From positions 56,813 to 120,812 of the forward strand of contig JAUCBJ010007758.1 in assembly GCA_032718475.1 (NCBI GenBank): a stretch of DNA of 64,000 bases. Direction: 5' to 3'. This document shows positions 11,938 to 24,004 of the stretch, in pieces. The notes beneath the pieces are model-generated. The model saw nothing but the letters and a program-made list of their open reading frames with translations. It made no database searches and was not told the DNA's origin. The position numbers were made by a program, and so were the translations under genes. The stretch is from Nemertoderma westbladi. Its lineage: Eukaryota > Animalia > Xenacoelomorpha. The stretch's first letter is position 1. Every line of letters begins with the position of its first letter.

Positions 11938-14185
11938 TTATAAAGTAGAAAATAAGAATTCCCGAAATTTTTTGGAAAATAGAGGCTTTGATTTTATTTG
12001 TCGAATTGTTAAAGGAATAGAGTTCCAGACCTGAGTACCCTGGAAATTCATGGATTGTCTGGAAGTTAGTAAGCGAACGAAGGGGGTGTAAAGGTTTTGA
12101 TTTGCCGATGAACGAGTATTGTAAGAATGTACTGTAGATATTTTTTTAAACAAGTTAGAAAACTGTGTGGCAGGTAATGGTAATAAGTTATTTTGAGTAT
12201 CGAACATTAGTAGGCCGACTTGATGGGTGTATAAAAGATTTAATGGCAGGATTTGAAGCGATTTATGTATTGGGTTTGAAGAGGCTTGGAAGTGGCTGAA
12301 TGTAATACATCGGATAATTTTATTAATTTTTATACGGAGTGGTTTAATATAGCTAGTTTTCGACTTCCCCCACAAGATAAGGCCATAGAGCAGATAAGGA
12401 TGTACAAGGGAGTAATATAGACGCTTGATTATTAGTGAGGGAAAAATATGCCTAAGTTTGTAAAAGATACCTGTCGTACGTGATATTTTTTTAATTAAAT
12501 ATTCAATATGTATTTTCCAGGATAATTTTTGAGTCCAACCAGATTCCAAGAAACTTTGCCGCGTTTGTTTGTTTAAATTTTATGCCATTTATTGTTAGTG
12601 AAGTGTTAATATTATTACTGTTTCGATTACTGAAAAAAGTACGCTCGGTTTTTTTAACATTAAGTGAAAGCGAGTTATCTATAAGCCAATTACTAAATTT
12701 AATTAATTCAATATTTGTATTTTTAATAAGATTTTGTATTGATTGATTTTGGGAAAAAAGAGTAGTGTCATCAACGAATAAGGTGGTAAAGAGAGAGGAG
12801 GCATTTGGGAGGTCGTTGATGTAGAGGAGGAATAGCAGGCAAGATAAAGTGGCACCCTGAGCGACCCCACAGAAAAGTGGCATCACAGATGACAGACAAT
12901 TATCGACTACAATTACTTGAACACGGTCAGTAAGGTAATCAGTTAATAACATATGCGGAATCCCTCGAATACCGTATGCTTGTAATTTTTTTAGTAAGAT
13001 AGAGTGATCCAACGTATCGTACGCTTTTTTAAGGTCAATATAAATAGCACAGGAATACAACTTATCTTCTAGCGTTTGATATATTTTTTCTAGCATGGAT
13101 AGGAGCGCATGAGTCGTTGTAGTTTTAGGACGAAATCCAAATTGCGATTGAGTAATAATTTTAAACTTAGCTATATATGATTGAAGTTGGTTGTTAATAA
13201 TAATTTCAAAAAGTTTACTAATAATAGGTAATAATGAAACTAAATGAAAAACACAATAATAACATACACATCAGACAGTCTGCTTATGTAATAACTGCTA
13301 CATTACATAAGCAGACTGTCTGATGTGTAGGTAATAATGATATTGGTCGATAATTGTTCTTATCAGTGGGGTCACCAGCCTTAAACACTGGTACAACTTT
13401 CGCCCGCTTTAAGGATTTCGGGAAGAAGCCGCAGGAAATAGACAAATTTATCAAATAACTTAAATGATGGGATAAGGGAAGAGTGCTTAGAGAGAGTAGT
13501 TTGGTTGAAAATATATCGTTAGAGGAAGATGACGTTTGATATGTAGTAAGTGATATTGAATTTCAACGGGCGATGTTTCTGTTAGTACAAAAGATTGTGG
13601 GCCATTATGTGAGATATGCCGTAGGGGAGATCGATTAGATTTGGGTATTTCCTGGGATAAATTTGAACCAACAGTGGAAAAGTGATTATTGAATGCCTGG
13701 GAAATTTGTTTTGGGTCAGTTAGGGTTTCAATCACATCGCTTGTTATCACAGTCAGTTTTTTTGGAGCGGCCAATTTCCCACTTTTGTTTAGGGCTGAGT
13801 TTATTATACGCCAAGTTTTGCGATTATTATTGGAACATTTTTCAAATTGGGTTTTATAATAGTTTTTCTCAGCCTCCCGAAGAACAGAGGTTAAAATATT
13901 TCGGTACCTGTTAAAAGCTAGTTCGTTTACTACTGTGGGATTTTTTATGAAAGCGCGGTAAAGGTCACCATTCTTAATTATTGTTCTTTTAACTAAATTA
14001 GGAGTCATCCAAGGTTTCATTGGAATTTCTTAGGGGCTTAAGTGTTTTTGGTTCAGTTAATGTTTAAGACAAACCTTCTCCAAATCAGTATAAAATTGGT
14101 CTAATTTACAGTTATTTGGAATGGATGGATCAGTATACGTCCATGTATCAAGGCAGTTTAGATCACGCAGAAAATTATTACAATT
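11938..14185 (-). pseudogene. LINE ORF2, RT and C-terminal part (frameshifted)
   Basis: Motifs KPWMT, YIDLKKAYDTLDHSILL, GVAQGATLSCLLFLLYINDL, LFVDDT, KFLGIWLD and HSYNTRSS, spread across several frames. Confidence 0.9.
13238..13329. repeat. ~90-bp insertion with perfect 28-bp hairpin
   Basis: Arms 13265-13292 and 13302-13329 are exact reverse complements around a 9-nt loop. Flanked by direct repeat TAGGTAATAATGA (13225-13237, 13328-13340). Confidence 0.9.
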
Positions 14186-14190
14186 GAATT

Positions 14191-14951
14191 TGTGGGTGTG
14201 CTAAGCCACAACTTACAGGGGTGAAATCTTACAGCACAGAAGGTTCGCCATGTCCTGCAATTGTCTGATTGTTACAGTTGAAAAATTGTGAATAATATAA
14301 ACTGACATAATTGTATTGAAATTATTGTTTGTACAAAGACAGAAAGATATGTTGAGATAGATATTGATGTATAGAAACTGGTACATGAATGTCAGAATGT
14401 TACATAATATATCGGACTTTACAAATACTGTAACAGCACAGCATATAACTATATAAAGTAACCAATCTAAACTATAGAACAACTATAACTAAGAACTATC
14501 AACTATAATAAGAAATATAATGAGAACTATGCTACTATACTATACTATATTATACTACTATACTATTGAAAGATCATGGAGCTTCCTACCCCTGATTGAC
14601 TGCTTCCGGTGTCTGACTGTATGTATGCATGCAGTGCGTCAGTACTGCAGTACCAGTATGATGTTCTGACTGCTGATCAATAATAATGATGCCAGCTAGG
14701 CAGAACAGATTCCTGATATTACGGAGGTTGGGATGGATAAGCCAATCAGGGAACAGGACAGTAATCCTACCATATAAGGTTGCGTGCGCTGTCTCTATTA
14801 TAAGGAGACAGCTGGTAATAAAATGCACAAATAGAAATATATGTGGGGCGAGTCATAAACTATGAAAAGCTCTAAGGTAATATAATATTCTTAGTTAAAG
14901 ATAATAAAGATATTGTAACTCTCTATATAAATGCATAATAGGTAGTTGACA
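14191..14951 (-). repeat. 3' LTR of full-length BEL/Pao
   Basis: Direct repeat of 27475-28235. One substitution noticed (gcagtgcgtc vs gcagtacgtc). Confidence 0.97.
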
Positions 14952-16153
14952 TCCCCACACCCACGACAGTGGCTTAGGGCCGCTGCCGTAACTATAAATT
15001 ACGACATAATATGTACATATATAATATATAATGCACAATGAAAGGACATATAAAGTAATAATGTGAAATCAAACTCAAATAAAGTCACATAATATTTATA
15101 TCTTTACAAATGTCGGTTGGTGCTTTTGACTAGTTTTAAAATCTCACAATTGATTAAACAAATTATAAACTAAAACTCAGCTCAAAATGCACAAATAAAT
15201 GCCATTCTTATATATAGAAACTCTACTAATTTATATAGATTACTTTCAATGAAAATAATTACCGTAATTCATAGTAATAATGTTTCTTAGTAAGTTAAGA
15301 CATACTTAATAACAATATAAGTCCATAGATAAGATTAAATTGAGAAACGGTAATTCAAATATTCACCAAGGAGTATTAAAGAGAGCAAAAATGAATACGA
15401 AAATACGAAAGAAAATACCATGAAATAACTATATATAACATCAATATAGTCATCAATCTATTATTACTAATTATAATCGAAGTACATCAATCATCGTAAT
15501 GTTAGTGATATTGAACTGCTTTGATCGACTTTATTCCCAAACATCGAGTAACAAGTATAAAACGAGTTGTATATAAACACTAAATCCATTATCGTCAACA
15601 AACATAAATTAAATTAGAGGGTAGAGGGATTGGGTTCAGAATGGGGTAAGGGACAAGAGAGACCAGGGGGGGGGGGAATGGAAAGGGAAAAGAGGGACAG
15701 GAAGAACGATACGAGAGGAATAGGCTGGACAGTGGACAGGGAAAATAAAGATGTCATATCAACAATGGAGCGCGCGCATCCTGGGGCGCCCCCACACCCG
15801 TGAAACGTCACGGGAGGATAGATAAGGGAATATCAATTGCATAATAATAAAACTGTATTCATTATGTAGATTGCATGCATATCCAATCCATCCAAAAATT
15901 CACATCTATATAAATAATAGAATATCATTATATCATTAAGTCGTATCCATATCCATATCGTATCATTATCATTATCAATCAGCATATATAAATATATAAG
16001 TATATAAAATAATGAATTTAGTAACGGTAATTATAACATCATCATTTGGGTATAATCCATTAGTAATTGTTGACCATATATCATTACAGGGTTGTATATA
16101 ACTTGAGTATATGTATAATATATATATATATATATAAATTAGAGTAGATATCT

Positions 16154-19100
16154 TTAATCTGCTTGTTCTAACAAGCAAAGTGTATGAATTGGGCGCTCAA
16201 GAAGTGAGCCACCTTTGAGTAAAACTTCAGCTACTCGGACTTGTTTATCTTCACCCGGGAAGACTTTAGTGACTCGTCCGATTGTCCAAGCTCCCTTGAT
16301 GGAATCATCATCCATCACAAGAAAAACATCATGAACCTTAAGGTTGTAGCCTGGACGGTACCACTTGGTTCGGGTATGTAAAGTAGGTAGATATTCACGA
16401 ATCCACCTGCTCCAGAAAAAGTTAGAAAGAACTTGGGCTTGTCTCCAGGTGGTTTCAACACCTTTATTTGCGGTAATAAACAATCCTGGTGGGAGGTTTG
16501 AGACTGGATCTAAACAAAGTGCGTGGTTAGGAGTTAGAACAGTATCACCATGAACATCATCAGTGGTGAGGTACAGTGGCCGACTGTTCATAATGGCTGC
16601 GGCTTCAGAGAGAACAGTGCGGAGTGTGTCCTCACTGACAAGCTGCGTTTCCAATGTGATTTGTAATATCTTCTTTGTCATTCCAACAAGACGTTCCCAA
16701 ACACCAGACATGTGAGGAGCACATGGGGGCTGCCAATGAAATTTGAGTGTATGATTGGGTACTAATACGTTTGAGAAATCGATATGTTGAAGATCCTCTA
16801 GGGCCTCCTTCAGTTGTTTCTCTGCACCAACAAAGTTTGTTCCATTGTCAGAATACATGTGCGCAACTCTTCGAGCTCTCGAGTTTATGAAGCGACGGAA
16901 TGTATTGATGAATGCATTCGTGGATAAGTCCGAAACAAGATCGATATCGACTGCACGAGTTGTTAGACAAGTGTACAACACTACCCAACGCTTAATTGAT
17001 CCACGACCATATTTAGCCTTGACTGGGCCAAAATAATCGACACCCGTATGTGTCCATGGAGGAAGATATGGAATAGTACGAAAATGTGCCAAATCTGCCA
17101 TACGTTGTTTCATTCGCTTACGATTTCGAATCTTACAAATCATGCAACGACTTAAAAATCTTAATACCTGATTCCTCAACCCAATAATCCAGTAACTACG
17201 GCGGATCTCATTTGTCATATGTTCACGACCTGCATGTCTCAAGGAACGATGAAGATCATTTATGAGGATAGGAATAATGGCTGAGTTCTTGGGGATAATT
17301 ATGGGATTTGATTCATCAAAATTCAAGGCAGTGGTTACACACCTTGAACCCATTCTTATCAATCCATCACTATCAATATGTGGATTAAATCTCTCAATAG
17401 GACTTCCTTTACGAACTGGAAGATTGGAACTTAACCTTACAAGATCATCTTGAAGCGGAAGTTGAGAATACTTGAGGACTGCGATTTTCGCTGCAAGTAT
17501 CTCATCTGGACTCAAACGATCTTCAAAGGGAGGTATGAGCTCAGAACTGTTATGACATTTATAATATTGCGCTATACAAGCACGACGAATACGTGCTATG
17601 CAACGATATAGACGATCTGATTCGCTAAAATGTTCTATAAATTTACGAGTATACCCATTGGTATTTGCTGAATTGGTAAAATTTATTGAAATATCCTGCC
17701 TCAACTCTGAAAGATCATCAGGATAATCAGTATCCTTAACATGCGTTTTTGGCCATGATTCCTCTGGGCCACTAAGAAACTGTGGTCCATTAAACCATCT
17801 CTTACTATCTACAAGTTGTTTAGGGGTCAGACCCCGAGAAACATCATCTGCAGAGTTACACTCTGTAGGAACATAACGCCAATTATCAGTGGAAGTGTTT
17901 TTACGAATTTCTGTTACACGATTGTCAACAAAGGTTTTGAGCTGTAACTCAGTATTCTTAATCCAGGCAAGAACAACTTGCGAGTCAATCCAATAGATGA
18001 GTCTTGAGATTGTATAATCTATTTCGCGAGTGACAGCTAGACTTAAACGGAGAGCCATGATTGCTGCCTGTAACTCTAAACGTGGCATTGTAACTGCACG
18101 AAGTGGAGCAGTGCGAGCCTTAGAAGTTACAAAGGATGTGAATGAATCCTTACGTCGCAAATAAATGACTACACCATATCCCTCTTTACTAGCATCAGAG
18201 AAAATATGAAGCTCAAAAGGCTCAAGAGGATCATGATCTGGAAAATACGCACGAGGAATGTGTAAGTCTTGAAGGGTGGGCAACTGAACTTTCCACTCTT
18301 CCCAAGAATGGGCCAGACTTGGGGGCAATTGTTCATCCCAAGAAAGTTTATCTGACCACATCTTACGTAATAATAATTTCCCTAGAAGAGTGACAGGAGA
18401 AATGAGACCCAAAGGGTCATATAAGGAAGATAATGAGGAAAGACATCCTCTTTTAGTAAGAGGTGATACTTGGACCTGAACACGATAACCAAACTCATCT
18501 GAGTCGGTGTTCCATCTAACTCCTAAGGTTCTACTATAGGGAAGATGGTCAAGGTCCAAATCAACCTCCTTTGAAAGACGATTAGTAGAAATATTGTCTC
18601 CTTGGATTTGAGTAAGGAATTCTCTGCTATTACTTAGAAAGCAAGTAAGGTTGAAACCTCCTTGCGCTAAGCAAGATATAAGGCCCCGGGCTAAATTTAC
18701 AGCCTCATCTAATGTACGGAGGGATGGCAATCCATCATCCATATAAAAATTACGTTGTATTGTATCATTTACAATTGGGGGGTACTGAGACTTATTTTTC
18801 TCACCAGTAATTTGCACACCATGTATCGCTATACATGGGGAGTCCTTTTTCCCAAAACAATGTCTGGTCATTCTATATTCCTCGACCATACCATGGACTT
18901 TATCATCCTTCCACCAAAGAAATCGAAGACTATCTTGATCTTTGGGGGGAACCTTGATCTGGTGGAACATTGCTTCAATATCACACATGAATGCAATATT
19001 CTCTTGGCGGAAACGAAGCAATATTCCCCAGATCAGGTTCAAACGGTTAGGTCCTGACAGCAGCATATCATTTAAACAATGACCACGAAACTTTGCTGCA

Positions 19101-20386
19101 GCGTCATTCACTATTCTTATTTTTCCTGGTTTTTCAGGATAAGTAATATAGTGATGGGGAATATAATTTGTTTGAGGGGTAACCGTTAAGTCATCACCTG
19201 TCAATTTGATGGCATAACCTTTGTCAATATAGTCATGTAATTTGGATATATACGTAGGTAAATGCTGCTGAGAGTCTTGATTATTGAGGAAACGTTTCCC
19301 CAAAGAATACAAGCGCTTCTCAGCTAAGGGTCGATTGAATACAATCTTATTGGGATCACATTTCCATAGCATCCCTACTTCCCATTTTCCCTCTGTTTCA
19401 TCAAAAACAGTGGTTTCCTTAAGTATTTGTAGTGCACGTTTGTCATCATCAGACTCTTTGACAACTGAGTTGTCCTCATCCTCAATCCGATTGTCTCCAA
19501 AGTTTTCCAATTCCCAAAATTGTGAGAGAAGTTTATGGATATCAATAGGAGGATTTGGATGAGAGACTTCTTGATTGTCATATATGCGACTGTGGTTGAC
19601 AAAGTATGATTTCCTTTTATTTTGTAGGGTGTTATCTAGAGCTATAGGACCTGATATATACCAACCAAATGGAGACAAGACTCCATAAGGTTCAGTTTGT
19701 GGATTATCGCCAAATCTTTGCTCAATGCGATAATGTGCATATGGCAAATTTTGACCAATCACAATACTGATGAATGGAATATCAACAGGTTGAGCTTCAA
19801 GGGATAGAGAAGATAAATGAGGGAAGTTTGAGAATTTGGAGACTGGCGGAGGTCCATCACCTATCCGCAACTGATCACAAACAACAATATCTGTTTCCCC
19901 AATAATTCTTTTTTCCAATGAACTAAATTGGCATCTTGCAATACCAATACTAATATTACACTCATCTCGTAAGAGAGTTGATAAATCAATACTGTCTCGT
20001 TTTGGGGTTATACCTAAATAACGTGTGACTCCTGCATCAACAAATGTTCCTGTTGAACCACCATCCAACAAGGCATATGTTGATACAGACCTCAAGGGAT
20101 CTATATATACAGAAACCGAAACTACAGGTAAACAAGCTGAAGGATCGTCACCCTTCAACTTATTTGACATGTGAGTTATATAATTCTTAGATGGTCCCTT
20201 AGGAACAATTTTAGATTTATCCTTAGGTACTACTATAGGAGTCTCCTCTGGAACTGTCGTTTCCTTTGTAACTACAGTTTTCTGCAGTTGGAGGGGTTTA
20301 CTGGCAGTGGAGTTAAAACTAAGATATTCATGAACTCCATGCATAACAGCACCATGGCTGTCACCACATGTGGGGCATTTAATTCG
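16154..20386 (-). CDS. BEL/Pao pol region (protease, RT, RNase H, integrase), in frame with gag behind a single TGA
   Basis: ALLDGGS (protease), CDIEAMFHQI and FYMDD (RT), HIFSDAS/PRLELQAA (RNase H), H-H-C-C zinc finger, VDYFGP, SDNGTNF, GVWERLV (integrase), and the C-terminal ERPIHTLCLL. Confidence 0.95.
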   Translation of the reverse strand, partial: RIKCPTCGDSHGAVMHGVHEYLSFNSTASKPLQLQKTVVTKETTVPEETPIVVPKDKSKIVPKGPSKNYITHMSNKLKGDDPSACLPVVSVSVYIDPLRSVSTYALLDGGSTGTFVDAGVTRYLGITPKRDSIDLSTLLRDECNISIGIARCQFSSLEKRIIGETDIVVCDQLRIGDGPPPVSKFSNFPHLSSLSLEAQPVDIPFISIVIGQNLPYAHYRIEQRFGDNPQTEPYGVLSPFGWYISGPIALDNTLQNKRKSYFVNHSRIYDNQEVSHPNPPIDIHKLLSQFWELENFGDNRIEDEDNSVVKESDDDKRALQILKETTVFDETEGKWEVGMLWKCDPNKIVFNRPLAEKRLYSLGKRFLNNQDSQQHLPTYISKLHDYIDKGYAIKLTGDDLTVTPQTNYIPHHYITYPEKPGKIRIVNDAAAKFRGHCLNDMLLSGPNRLNLIWGILLRFRQENIAFMCDIEAMFHQIKVPPKDQDSLRFLWWKDDKVHGMVEEYRMTRHCFGKKDSPCIAIHGVQITGEKNKSQYPPIVNDTIQRNFYMDDGLPSLRTLDEAVNLARGLISCLAQGGFNLTCFLSNSREFLTQIQGDNISTNRLSKEVDLDLDHLPYSRTLGVRWNTDSDEFGYRVQVQVSPLTKRGCLSSLSSLYDPLGLISPVTLLGKLLLRKMWSDKLSWDEQLPPSLAHSWEEWKVQLPTLQDLHIPRAYFPDHDPLEPFELHIFSDASKEGYGVVIYLRRKDSFTSFVTSKARTAPLRAVTMPRLELQAAIMALRLSLAVTREIDYTISRLIYWIDSQVVLAWIKNTELQLKTFVDNRVTEIRKNTSTDNWRYVPTECNSADDVSRGLTPKQLVDSKRWFNGPQFLSGPEESWPKTHVKDTDYPDDLSELRQDISINFTNSANTNGYTRKFIEHFSESDRLYRCIARIRRACIAQYYKCHNSSELIPPFEDRLSPDEILAAKIAVLKYSQLPLQDDLVRLSSNLPVRKGSPIERFNPHIDSDGLIRMGSRCVTTALNFDESNPIIIPKNSAIIPILINDLHRSLRHAGREHMTNEIRRSYWIIGLRNQVLRFLSRCMICKIRNRKRMKQRMADLAHFRTIPYLPPWTHTGVDYFGPVKAKYGRGSIKRWVVLYTCLTTRAVDIDLVSDLSTNAFINTFRRFINSRARRVAHMYSDNGTNFVGAEKQLKEALEDLQHIDFSNVLVPNHTLKFHWQPPCAPHMSGVWERLVGMTKKILQITLETQLVSEDTLRTVLSEAAAIMNSRPLYLTTDDVHGDTVLTPNHALCLDPVSNLPPGLFITANKGVETTWRQAQVLSNFFWSRWIREYLPTLHTRTKWYRPGYNLKVHDVFLVMDDDSIKGAWTIGRVTKVFPGEDKQVRVAEVLLKGGSLLERPIHTLCLLEQAD

Positions 20387-23380
20387 TCATGGACACTGAC
20401 CTGATTTATGACCAGGTCGGGTACAATGTGTACAAACAGATGGTTTATGGTGATTTATAATATTAGCCTTTTCCTCGCAAGATTTACTTGCAAATATAGA
20501 ACATCGATAGAGGAAATGACTTTTACCTTTACAAAGGGGACAAGAAGGTGGATTTATTTTTAAAGACTGAGATTTTGAAATATTACTATCTACCATCATT
20601 GATGTCTCTCGTAATTTACTATTACCAGTTGTGGCTCCACTAGCCAGCGACTTATCGGTAGATTGTCGTTGACTCTTATTGGCAGTATGTAAATTGGAGT
20701 AATGTGGATGATCTCCTGCTTCCGCATAAAAATCAACAAAACGCAGGATATCATACAAAGTAGGATCAGAAGGGCGGCCATTAGCAGAACGCCTACGATT
20801 TGATATACGTGTAGCCTCCATTTGCCATTTAATTATTAAATTTTGTGGAAGCCGTGCTATTAGAGCACGTAAGTTATGATGGTTATTCATCTCTTCAGGG
20901 TCATGAAGATGACTAAGTGTATTATAAATGTATCGTATTTGGTCTGCATAGGCTATTAATTCTTTTGGTGTGTTATTGATTGGGGGCTGATTTATAACCT
21001 TATCAAAGGTAGCACGGACAATTTTTGTTACATGACCAAAACGGTGATCCAACAAAGCCCATGCCAGACGATACCTATGAGGAGAAGTAACTAACGTATT
21101 TACAGCTTCTTTTGGAGGACCAGTTAGAAACTGTAAAAGGTAAGAAAACTTCTCTGCATCAGGTATTTGTTTAATGCCAATGGTAGCATTAAAGTTGACA
21201 CAAAAGGAAATATAATTTTCTGGATTCCCATCAAATTTATCTGGATGTGGTAATGGAGTATGAGAACTGAGACCCACTCTGTCAAGCAAGGCTCTCTCAT
21301 ACCTGTCATCCCTTTGTTGATATAAAGGATATTGGGATCCAGAATCACATCTCATGCTTTGAGGAGATTTATATTCATCATTTGGTGGGGGACCTCGTCC
21401 ACCTCCACCTCTGCCCCCACTACCACCATTATTATTAGGTGTGTGGGGCTGCCGAGGTTGATAGCCTCGGTCAGTGGGAGGGGGACCTCGTCCACCATCA
21501 CCTCTGCCTCCACTACCACCATTATTACTAGGTGTGTAGGGCTGGCGAGGTTGATTATTATTAGGAACAAGAGGAATATATTTGGATTCATAGTAGCTAT
21601 TTTCAAAATTACTTGGGTTACGATATTCACACTCAGGTGTGTCTATTGGATGTACGCCTCTTGGAACATCATTTATGGGTGCATATTTAGGTGTATAATG
21701 TATATAGTCAGTGTGTTCAGACAGATGTTTGACATCTTTCGGAACAATATGGTTTGTCCCAGTCCATATAGAATGGGCCTGGGGTAAACTACTAGTATGT
21801 TTACTAGTGTAATTTGTTGGCTCATGTTTCAATGGGCCACAATAATTATCATCTGCTGGAACACAATCATTACCAGATGATTCAAACAACTCAGCAGATG
21901 GTATGTAAGGGGTTTCAAAATATATTTCTTCATTGGGTGGTTGATGTGGGAGATAAGGCACTCCTGTATCAGACACCCTAACCCCAACTCTATTTGAGGA
22001 ACCTACAGGATCTGAGAGGTTATACAAATTAGAGTTATTTTGGACAACATTTTGAGGTCTATCAATAGGCCTGATATTTGGTACAAATGGTGGATTATTA
22101 ACTTTGGATTCCAAAGAAAAACCAACTGATTCTTTTGGGGGATCAAGAGAAGGGTCTTGGGAACTAATATGTAAAGAATGGGGTGTTATGATATTTGCAT
22201 TATTTTGATTTATATTGTTTGTCAAATTTTGAGTTTCAGGTGATACATTATGCTCTTTACCTTGTTGCAAGCGTTGTATTTCTTTCTGTAGCAACACATG
22301 ATGGAGTTCTTTTTGCTGTTGATCATTGTATACCATTTGTTGATTTTCGGCTAAAAGGTCAGACTCATGCTCTGCATCTCGGGAAGCCTGCTCAGCAATA
22401 CGTGTTGCCTCAGTTAGGGCATGACGTGCCTTTGCTCGTGCATCAGCCTCCACTTGAGCTGCTTTAGTAAATGCCATTGAAGATGCTAATTCTGCGTCTG
22501 CTTGTGCACTGCGGGCTCTTGCTTGGGCATCAGCTATTTTTTGCTCCTGAGATCGTTTTGCTAGGATGGATTTTCGTTCAATGTTCTGTTCTCCCTGTTT
22601 AGTTGCAAGTTTGGAAACTTCAACAGCAACACCAGCAATAGCTTCTAATTGCGTGATGGAAGTAGACTTACTACCTCCCGAAAGAGCACTTTTGAAACTT
22701 TTACTAGCATGACTAGTACGAGTAGATTTTGATTTTTTATTTTGATCAGCATTGCTCGCCGATTGAGAGGGATGAATACTGCTTGGAGAACAATCAAAGG
22801 TTCTGTTTACTGTACCTTTGTCAGTATTATTAGGAAGGCCTACATAATGAGAATTGGAATAAATGGATTGGTTTGGTTCTGGATCATGTATGGATTGTTT
22901 TGTTACAGGAACATGTGGATTTTTCATCCACGGGACTTCACATTCCACTTGATCGTTAACCAAACCAAGCATTTGATTCTCTCGTGGTTTCTCATAAGTG
23001 TCATCAGATAGTGGAGTCCACTCGGATTCCTTACTGGAAAATTGTTCCAACAAATTGATGAAACGTTCAGGCATATCTGCCCCTGTGCGATCATAAGCGC
23101 GCTGCAGTACCCTGATCTTTTCAACAACTGTTGAATAAGCTGAACAAATTTTCTGAAGAAGTTCCCCAGATATTGGTAAGGATTTACTTTGGAAGTCATT
23201 AACTTCCTTTTCAATTTTGGCAACATAGCCCAAATAACCATTTATACTCCTGGTAATATCCTTGGTTGAGTCTACCTTGGGTAAATGTTCTTCAATGGGC
23301 TGGTCTGGTCTGTTTAAATGGACAGATTCAGACCCCTTTTGTCTCACAGTGGGGTTGTCTCCATAATTTGGAGATGCCAT
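20387..23380 (-). CDS. BEL/Pao gag
   Basis: 997-aa ORF with KFDGNPENY/EKFSYLLQFLTG capsid-like region and CCHC knuckles (CPLCKGKSHFLYRC, CTHCTRPGHKSGQC). Also a duplicated GGSGGRG..GRGPPP block. Confidence 0.93.
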   Translation of the reverse strand: MASPNYGDNPTVRQKGSESVHLNRPDQPIEEHLPKVDSTKDITRSINGYLGYVAKIEKEVNDFQSKSLPISGELLQKICSAYSTVVEKIRVLQRAYDRTGADMPERFINLLEQFSSKESEWTPLSDDTYEKPRENQMLGLVNDQVECEVPWMKNPHVPVTKQSIHDPEPNQSIYSNSHYVGLPNNTDKGTVNRTFDCSPSSIHPSQSASNADQNKKSKSTRTSHASKSFKSALSGGSKSTSITQLEAIAGVAVEVSKLATKQGEQNIERKSILAKRSQEQKIADAQARARSAQADAELASSMAFTKAAQVEADARAKARHALTEATRIAEQASRDAEHESDLLAENQQMVYNDQQQKELHHVLLQKEIQRLQQGKEHNVSPETQNLTNNINQNNANIITPHSLHISSQDPSLDPPKESVGFSLESKVNNPPFVPNIRPIDRPQNVVQNNSNLYNLSDPVGSSNRVGVRVSDTGVPYLPHQPPNEEIYFETPYIPSAELFESSGNDCVPADDNYCGPLKHEPTNYTSKHTSSLPQAHSIWTGTNHIVPKDVKHLSEHTDYIHYTPKYAPINDVPRGVHPIDTPECEYRNPSNFENSYYESKYIPLVPNNNQPRQPYTPSNNGGSGGRGDGGRGPPPTDRGYQPRQPHTPNNNGGSGGRGGGGRGPPPNDEYKSPQSMRCDSGSQYPLYQQRDDRYERALLDRVGLSSHTPLPHPDKFDGNPENYISFCVNFNATIGIKQIPDAEKFSYLLQFLTGPPKEAVNTLVTSPHRYRLAWALLDHRFGHVTKIVRATFDKVINQPPINNTPKELIAYADQIRYIYNTLSHLHDPEEMNNHHNLRALIARLPQNLIIKWQMEATRISNRRRSANGRPSDPTLYDILRFVDFYAEAGDHPHYSNLHTANKSQRQSTDKSLASGATTGNSKLRETSMMVDSNISKSQSLKINPPSCPLCKGKSHFLYRCSIFASKSCEEKANIINHHKPSVCTHCTRPGHKSGQCP

Positions 23381-24004
23381 TTCGATTTTGTATAAGTTTA
23401 CTGCTTGAGCAGACTATCAGCCTATGTCCTTATAAATTAAGTAAATTGAATAGACTGTAATAAATATATTAAATAATAGGCTGTTAACTTAGAACAGTAT
23501 ATAGATATATATGTTGCATATAATATAGGAAATATATGATGATTTACTAATTGCCAAATAAACCATAAATAAGAGTTAACTCAGTATTAGCCTATCAGCC
23601 TATATTATACAAAATATGCCTAAAATAACTGAAAGGATGGAAATTAATAAATTAATGTATATATACTCTGTGCAAAAAAATCGTTACAATGGACGGAGTC
23701 AGTGATTAGAACAGTCAAGTTAATGGACTGTTGCTTCACAGAATTGTTATGGACTATTTTAAAGAAAAATAATCAAAAAATGTTGTATTTTCTGCTTTAT
23801 ACTGTACTAGAGTCAAACAGATCAGAAGATAAGAAATGGTCAATGTCAAGTCAGGCAGTCAGGTAGGACATTCACAAATTATTAACAGTACCGGAATAAA
23901 TGTGAATGGGGGTAGCTAGGCCCCACTAACAACCGATGCTGGAAACAAATGTAAATTATCCATATGTGAATGTTAGTCAGTCGGTGTAAAGTAGATAGAG
24001 TCGT

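Noticed and set aside
14213-14828. Duplicated 89-aa and 80-aa ORFs (also 27497-28112)
   Set aside because: Inside the BEL LTRs, non-ATG starts, no motifs.
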